From positions 32,001 through 96,000 of the forward strand of contig CAVWIH010000011.1 of the NCBI GenBank assembly GCA_963755025.1: a stretch of DNA of 64,000 nt. Reading direction: 5' to 3'. This document shows positions 58,505 to 64,000 of this stretch, piece by piece. Below the pieces are notes generated by a model. It did no database searches. It was given only the letters and a program-made list of their open reading frames with translations, and was not told the origin of the DNA. Every line of letters starts with the position of its first letter. The stretch's first letter is position 1. Both the position numbers and the translations under genes were made by a program. The stretch comes from an uncultured Actinomycetes bacterium. Its GTDB lineage: Bacteria; Actinomycetota; Thermoleophilia; UBA2241.

Positions 58505-59602
58505 GTGTCGTTCTTCGACGATGACGCAGAGGTAACTCAGGTCACGACGCCTGCCCCGCGCTCGCGCCGCAAACGCAACCGTTCGCGTCTTCGCATTCAG
58601 CGCCTGGTCATCGCCCTGGTCGCCCTCTTCGTTCTGGTCTTCGTGCTGGCCCTCGTCATTCGTTCGTGCCAGCAGAACGCCAAAGAGTCGACCTACCGCT
58701 CGTACTTCGGCCAGGTCGGGCAGGTCGAGAGCGACGCCACCAACAAGGTCGGCAAGCCCATCGCCGCGCTGCTGGCCGACCCCACCAAGTACGGCCGCGC
58801 CCAGCTCGAGAGCGAGCTCAACAAGCTGGTCGCCACGCAGAACGAGATCACCACGCGCACCGAGCGCATCAGCGCGCCCGGCAAGCTCAAGACCCTGCAC
58901 CAGATCCTCGTGCAGGGCCAGCAGGTGCGTCTCGCCGGCGTGCAGCAGGTGCGCGCCGGACTGCTCGCCGCCCTCACCGGCAAGGGCCTGCACGCCACGG
59001 CGCGCAAGCTCGCCGCCCTGTCGGGCTACTTCACGGGGCCCGACGTCTACTACAACCAGCTTTACCGCACGCAGGCGCAGAAGGTCGTGACCGACGACGG
59101 CGTCACCAACGTCGCGGTGCCCGAGGTCGGCTACTTCTCCAGCGCCTCGGTCTTCTCGCCGACCGCCCTGAACGCGGCGCTCTCGACCGTGTCGTCGTCG
59201 GCCAAGCTGAGCGGCGTGCACGGTGTGGGCCTGGCCGGCGTGGCCGTCAAGAGCAACGGCACCTCGGTTACCCTGACCGCCGGCTCCAGCACGCACTTCA
59301 CCGCCTCGGTCGGCGTGCTCGTGCTGGTCACGGTGCAGAACCTGGGCACCGTCACCGAAGGCAACGTAGCGGTCAAAGTCACCTGGACGGGGCCCGCCGG
59401 CACCTCGGCGCAGATCCTCACCGCCACAATCCCCTCGATCGCCCCGGGCCACAAGGCGACGGCCAGCGTACCCGGCCTCAACATACCGTCTACGGCCATC
59501 ACCAAGTCGTCGACCCTCAAGGTCGAAGCCGGCCCCGTGCCCGGCGAAAGGGTGCTGTCCAACAATCACGCCACCTTCACGATCGTCCCGGTCCTCAAGT
59601 AA
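58505..59602 (+). CDS. Membrane-anchored protein with C-terminal Ig-like (CARDB-like) domain
   Basis: MSFFDDD N-terminus, TM, helical region, VTVQNLG..TE.NV.VKV...VPGE..LSNN. Confidence 0.7.
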   Translation: MSFFDDDAEVTQVTTPAPRSRRKRNRSRLRIQRLVIALVALFVLVFVLALVIRSCQQNAKESTYRSYFGQVGQVESDATNKVGKPIAALLADPTKYGRAQLESELNKLVATQNEITTRTERISAPGKLKTLHQILVQGQQVRLAGVQQVRAGLLAALTGKGLHATARKLAALSGYFTGPDVYYNQLYRTQAQKVVTDDGVTNVAVPEVGYFSSASVFSPTALNAALSTVSSSAKLSGVHGVGLAGVAVKSNGTSVTLTAGSSTHFTASVGVLVLVTVQNLGTVTEGNVAVKVTWTGPAGTSAQILTATIPSIAPGHKATASVPGLNIPSTAITKSSTLKVEAGPVPGERVLSNNHATFTIVPVLK

Positions 59603-59608
59603 GGACCT

Positions 59609-60367
59609 ATGCAGAGCCTGCGTGACATCGCCCCCTACCTGGCGCTCGGCGCCGCCGTGCTCGGCATCGTCGTGCTGGTGCTCGTCGTGCGCGTCATGGT
59701 GGGCCAGCGCCGCCTGCGCCAGGCGCAGCTCGCGGTGCTTGGCGCCCACGGCGAGCGCGACCTCGTGCTGCACGCCCAGGACCTCGAAGACCAGGTGCGC
59801 AACCTGCGCGAAGCGGTGCGCGGCCTCGACGGCCTGCTGGCCAGCTACAAGCTCGACCTCGACCGCGCCTTCAGCCACCGCGCCATCGTGCGCTACGACG
59901 CCTTCCGCGACATCGGCGGCGAGCAGAGCGCCTCGATCGCGCTGCTCGACAACACCGCCTCGGGGCTCGTCATCAGCATGATCCACTCGCGCGACTACGC
60001 CCGCATCTACGTCAAGCAGCTGCGCCGTTCGGTGCCCGACCGCGCCCTGTCGCCCGAAGAGGTCGCGGTCGTCGAGCAGGCCCTCATAGGCTGGAGCGAA
60101 AAGCCGGCCGCGCTCAACGTGCGCGCCGCCGACGCCATCAAGGCGGCCGGCGCCAACGCACCGGCCCCGAGCGAACGCCCCGCCGAGCCCGCCGCCGGCG
60201 AGCGCGACGCGGCGCCGGGCGAGCGCGACGCGGGGCCGGGTGAGCGCGACGCGGGGCCGGGTGAGCGCCCCGCGAGCCCGGGTGAGCGCCCCGCGAGCCC
60301 GCCGCCGGCCGGCAGAGCGCCGCGCCCCTCCGACGACGACCTCTCCGAACCCTGGGGACCCGCATGA
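59609..60367 (+). CDS. DUF4446 family protein
   Basis: IVRYDAF.DIGGEQS.SIALLD...G.VIS.IHSR..ARIYVK...LSPEE. Confidence 0.85.
   Translation: MQSLRDIAPYLALGAAVLGIVVLVLVVRVMVGQRRLRQAQLAVLGAHGERDLVLHAQDLEDQVRNLREAVRGLDGLLASYKLDLDRAFSHRAIVRYDAFRDIGGEQSASIALLDNTASGLVISMIHSRDYARIYVKQLRRSVPDRALSPEEVAVVEQALIGWSEKPAALNVRAADAIKAAGANAPAPSERPAEPAAGERDAAPGERDAGPGERDAGPGERPASPGERPASPPPAGRAPRPSDDDLSEPWGPA
60195..60301. repeat. 21-bp tandem repeat x5 encoding (PGERDAG/PGERPAS)n
   Basis: CCGGG(C/T)GAGCGC(GA/CC)CGCG.. units in the DUF4446 tail. Confidence 0.8.
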
Positions 60368-61230
60368 CCGACGCCGTTTCGCAGCCCATCGCCTTTCTGG
60401 GGCCCGAGGGCACCTTCAGCGAAGAGGCGCTGCTGGGCAACATGCCCGCCGGCGCCTACCACCCGTTCCCCTACCCCTCCATCCGCGAGGTGCTCCTGGC
60501 GGTGCAGGCGGGCGACGCGCCGCTGGGCATCGTGCCCATCGAGAACTCCATCGAGGGCTCGGTCGTGGTCACCCTCGACAGCCTGGCCTTCGGCTTCGAC
60601 GACCTGCGCATCGCGCGCGAGGTCACCTGGCAGGTGCACCAGCAGCTGATCGCCCGGCACCCCGTCGACTTCGCCCGGGTCACCAAGATCGTCAGCATCC
60701 CGCACGCCTACGGCCAGTGTCGCGAGTTCATTCGCGAGCACTTGGACGGCGTCGAGCACGAGCCCACCGACTCGACCGCCGAAGCCGTGCGCCGCGTGAG
60801 CCGCGTCGAGCGCCCCTGGGTGGCCATCGGCACCCGCCTGGCGGCCGAGATGTACGAGTGCGTGGTGGTCGCCCCCGACGTCGACGACGCCCCCGACAAC
60901 CGCACGCGCTTCGTGTTCGTGAGCCGCGACGAAGCGCCGCAGGGCGCGCCCGTCGAGGGCCCCGGCGTCGACACCACCTTCAAGACGAGCATCGTCTGCG
61001 GCATCTCCCAGGACCAGCCGGGCAGCCTGCTCATGATCCTCTCCGAGTTCGCCTACCGCTACGTCAACCTGACGAAGGTCGAATCGCGCCCCTCCAAGCA
61101 GGGCCTCGGCGACTACATCTTCTTCATCGACATGGTGGGCCGGGCGACCGACCCGCCCATCGCACAAGCGCTCTCGTGCCTGGGCTGCAAACTCACCTGG
61201 CTTAAGGTCCTGGGCTCCTACCCAAGCTAA
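60364..61230 (+). CDS. pheA: Prephenate dehydratase
   Basis: FLGPEGTFSEEA, VPIENSIEGSV, NRTRF, ACT domain NLTKVESRP. Confidence 0.95.
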   Translation: MTDAVSQPIAFLGPEGTFSEEALLGNMPAGAYHPFPYPSIREVLLAVQAGDAPLGIVPIENSIEGSVVVTLDSLAFGFDDLRIAREVTWQVHQQLIARHPVDFARVTKIVSIPHAYGQCREFIREHLDGVEHEPTDSTAEAVRRVSRVERPWVAIGTRLAAEMYECVVVAPDVDDAPDNRTRFVFVSRDEAPQGAPVEGPGVDTTFKTSIVCGISQDQPGSLLMILSEFAYRYVNLTKVESRPSKQGLGDYIFFIDMVGRATDPPIAQALSCLGCKLTWLKVLGSYPS

Positions 61231-61246
61231 CCGCGGGGCCCTCGCC

Positions 61247-62308
61247 TTGGCCCGCCTGAACCCGTTTCGCCGCCACATGCTCATCTTGCGCTTCGACGCG
61301 GGCAGCCTGCTCGAGGCGTTCCTCGTGTCGGCGGTCACCGCCCTGCTCGTGGTGCGCTTCGCGCTCGTCGTGGCCGGCTACCCGACCCTCGGCGGCGGCC
61401 ACCTGCACATCGCCCACATGCTGTGGGGCGGCCTCGCCATGATGGCCGCCGTCGTCATGCTGCTCGTGTCGGTCAGCCGCCTGTCGGCCGAGCTCGCCGC
61501 GGTGCTCGGCGGCGCCGGCTTCGGCGTTTTCATCGACGAGCTCGGCAAGGTCATCAGCCGCGACAACGACTACTTCTTCAGGCCCACCGTGGCCCTCATC
61601 TACGTCATCTTCATCGTGCTCGTGCTCGTCTTTCGGCGCCTGGCGCGCACCACGCCGCGCTCGCCGGCGGCCAACCTGGCCAACGCCCTCGAGCTCACCA
61701 AAGAGGCCGTCATCCGCGACTTCGACGCCGAAGACAAGCGTCACGCGCTGGCCCTGCTCGCGCGCTGCGACCCGGCCGACCCGCTGGTGGTCGCGCTCAC
61801 CGCCGCCCTTGAGCGCATAGAGCCGGCGCCGCCGACCGCGCCCCACTGGGTCGTGCAACTGCGCCGCTGGGGCGACCAGAGCTACCGCCGCCTGGTGCGC
61901 CGGGTCTGGTTCGGACGCCTCGTGGTGGCCGCCTTCGTGGCGGCCTCGCTGGTGACCTTCGTGCAGGCCATCCGTCGCCTGATCGAGCTCGCCGAAACGC
62001 CCGACGCCAGCCTCGACAGCGCCACGCGCAACACCCTGCAGCTCGCCCGCGCGGGCTCGCTCGTGGCGTCGCTCACGGTCGGCGTGCTGGTCGTGGTGGG
62101 CATCGCCGTGTTGCGCCGCTCGCGGCTCGACGCCTACCGCTGGTTCCTGCGGGCGACGCTCGTGTCGATCTTTCTGAGCCAGGTCTTCGCCTTCTACCTG
62201 GCCCAGCTCGAGGCGCTCATCGGACTGGCCGTCAGCGTACTGTTCTGGGTCACTCTGCGGTATACAATCCATGAAGAAGAGGACATGATCGCCGAGCCCA
62301 GTCCCTAG
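61247..62308 (+). CDS. Hypothetical polytopic membrane protein
   Basis: GYP.LGGG.LHIAHMLWGG, GFG.FIDELGK...DNDYF; multiple TMs. Confidence 0.75.
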   Translation: MARLNPFRRHMLILRFDAGSLLEAFLVSAVTALLVVRFALVVAGYPTLGGGHLHIAHMLWGGLAMMAAVVMLLVSVSRLSAELAAVLGGAGFGVFIDELGKVISRDNDYFFRPTVALIYVIFIVLVLVFRRLARTTPRSPAANLANALELTKEAVIRDFDAEDKRHALALLARCDPADPLVVALTAALERIEPAPPTAPHWVVQLRRWGDQSYRRLVRRVWFGRLVVAAFVAASLVTFVQAIRRLIELAETPDASLDSATRNTLQLARAGSLVASLTVGVLVVVGIAVLRRSRLDAYRWFLRATLVSIFLSQVFAFYLAQLEALIGLAVSVLFWVTLRYTIHEEEDMIAEPSP

Positions 62309-62357
62309 CGATTTCGGATGTGCCTGAGACTACTCAGATGAGCGCCGGAGGGTCGAC

Positions 62358-62819
62358 ATGACACGGGTGAAGGTCGAGATCCGCACCATGCGCAGCGGCG
62401 ACGAGAGCATGCTGCTCTACCTGGCCGAAGAGACGCTCCACCCCCTGGCCGCCGGCGCCGGCCACCCCGAGCGCTACGACCCCGGCGAGCTGCTCGCCCT
62501 GTTCGGCGAAGCCTCGGTGTTCGTCGCCGAGTCGGGCGGCGAGATCGCCGGCTACGTCGCCGTCGAGCGCGCCGCCGAGGCCCTCGAGGTGCGCTGCCTG
62601 TGCGTGAGCCCCGCCTTCGAAGCCCAGGCGGTGGCCCACCAGCTCGTCGACTGGGTCGAGGGCGTGGCCTTCTCGCAACAGGTGGGCCGGCTGCGCGCCC
62701 TGGTGCCGGCCAGCGACGAGCGCTCGCAGCGCCTGTATCGCGGCCACGAGTTCGTGCCCTTGCCGCTGCTCGAAGAGCCCGAGACGATCGTGCTCGAAAA
62801 GCGCCTGCGGGCCGACTGA
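62358..62819 (+). CDS. GNAT family N-acetyltransferase
   Basis: VFVAE..GEIAGYV, LCVSP, S.RLY...F. Confidence 0.75.
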   Translation: MTRVKVEIRTMRSGDESMLLYLAEETLHPLAAGAGHPERYDPGELLALFGEASVFVAESGGEIAGYVAVERAAEALEVRCLCVSPAFEAQAVAHQLVDWVEGVAFSQQVGRLRALVPASDERSQRLYRGHEFVPLPLLEEPETIVLEKRLRAD

Positions 62820-62889
62820 AGGTCGCAACCGCCCGTCGGGGCGACCCGCCAGGCACACGACCTGCCAAGCACACGCACAAGGGGGGACC

Positions 62890-63414
62890 ATGGCCTTGCC
62901 GTTCGGGGTGCGTCAAAAGCCGGCGCTCGTCGAGATGCCCGCGCAGAAGATGGCCGTGGTGCGCTCGCTGGGCGACCCCAGCGCCGTCGCCGAGCAGGTC
63001 TTCCCCGCTCTCTACGGCGCCGTCTTCACGCTCAAGTTCAAGGTGCTCAAGCCGCGCGGCGTGGAGTTCAAGGTGAGCCCGCCGCGAGCGCGCTGGCCGC
63101 AGCTCTACGAGCTGCCGCGCGAGGAGTGGACGGGCATCTGGGGCATCCCCGTGCCCGACGACACCGACGAGCTCCCCCAGACCGTGCCCGACGTGCCGGT
63201 CACCATGGAGACCTGGGAGTACGGCACGACGGCCCACATCCTGCACCTGGGGCCCTACGCCGACGAGGCGCCCACCGTCGCCCGGCTGCAGGAGTTCATC
63301 GCCGCGAGCGGCTACGAGATCGCCGGCGTGCACGAAGAGGAGTACCTCTCGCGTCCCGAGGCCAAGCAGATGAAGACCATCATCCGCTACCCGGTGAGGC
63401 CACTCGATGCCTGA
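62890..63414 (+). CDS. GyrI-like small-molecule-binding domain protein
   Basis: GDP, ALY..VFTLKF, ILHLGPY.DE, G.H.EEYLS.P...KTIIRYPV. Confidence 0.82.
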   Translation: MALPFGVRQKPALVEMPAQKMAVVRSLGDPSAVAEQVFPALYGAVFTLKFKVLKPRGVEFKVSPPRARWPQLYELPREEWTGIWGIPVPDDTDELPQTVPDVPVTMETWEYGTTAHILHLGPYADEAPTVARLQEFIAASGYEIAGVHEEEYLSRPEAKQMKTIIRYPVRPLDA

Positions 63415-63459
63415 GGCCGGGCGCGGCGGCGCGCCGCGCGGCCGCCCCGGATGCCGCCC

Positions 63460-64000
63460 CTAGATCGCCAGGAACTGCGCGCCGAGCAGGTAGACGTTCA
63501 GGGCGATGATGACGCCGGCGACCGCCCAGGCGGCGCCCGTCACGAGCGGCCCGTTCACGTGCTCGCCCATGACGCGACGGTCCGAGGTAAGGCGCACGAG
63601 GGGCACGAGAGCGAAGGGAATGCCGAACGAGAGCACGACCTGGCTCAGCACCAGGGCGCGCGTCGGGCTTACGTTCACAGCGAGCAGCGCCAGGGCCGGC
63701 AGCATGGTCAAGGCACGGCGAAGATAGAGCGGCACTCGCAGGCGCACGAACCCCGCCATCACCACCTGGCCGGCGTAGGTGCCCACCGACGACGATGAGA
63801 CCCCCGAGGCGAGCAGGGCGATGGCAAAGGCCAGCGCTGCCCCGCCGCCCACCAGCCGGGCAAGGCCGGCATGGGCCGCCTCGATGGTCGCGATGCCGGT
63901 GTGGCCGGGGTTGTGAAAGAGCGTCGCGGCGAGGGCGAGCATGGCCATGTTGATGAGGCCGGCCAGGCCGAGCGCCACCACGACGTCGAGGCGCTCGAAT
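63460..64000 (-). CDS. mntH: Nramp family divalent metal transporter MntH (5' part beyond window)
   Basis: AGLINMAML, ALLASG.SSS.VGTYAGQVVM.GF, LVLSQVVLSFGIPFALVPL. Confidence 0.9.
   Translation of the reverse strand, partial: FERLDVVVALGLAGLINMAMLALAATLFHNPGHTGIATIEAAHAGLARLVGGGAALAFAIALLASGVSSSSVGTYAGQVVMAGFVRLRVPLYLRRALTMLPALALLAVNVSPTRALVLSQVVLSFGIPFALVPLVRLTSDRRVMGEHVNGPLVTGAAWAVAGVIIALNVYLLGAQFLAI

Overview
Very GC-rich (~70%) bacterial chromosomal segment of mostly housekeeping genes. Gene content and order (dnaK...hspR, fhaA-fhaB-pstP-rodA-pbpA-pknB next to tRNA-Leu(CAG), bldG-like/topA-tmk-holB, ino1/PimA-like) point to Actinomycetota, probably a deep-branching class such as Thermoleophilia (inference). 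About 60 CDS and 2 tRNAs (Lys-CTT, Leu-CAG) are present; no rRNA, CRISPR array, integrase or transposase was seen. Many genes, including essential ones, are split by single-base frameshifts, most likely long-read indel errors, so they are annotated as joined CDS. The most interesting signals are: (1) two convergent copies of an unannotated ~60-nt two-hairpin RNA with C-rich loops (6C-RNA-like), each behind helically phased TTAA boxes and a TANNNT -10; (2) a bacterial presenilin/SPP-like membrane protein with YD-like, GxGD-like and PAL motifs; (3) an inositol-lipid cluster with a PimA-like glycosyltransferase fused to a PHP phosphoesterase; (4) an apparently euryarchaeal-type topoisomerase I in the usual actinobacterial topA slot; (5) an HspR heat-shock operon with hsp20 inserted and a ClpC-type ATPase at its end.
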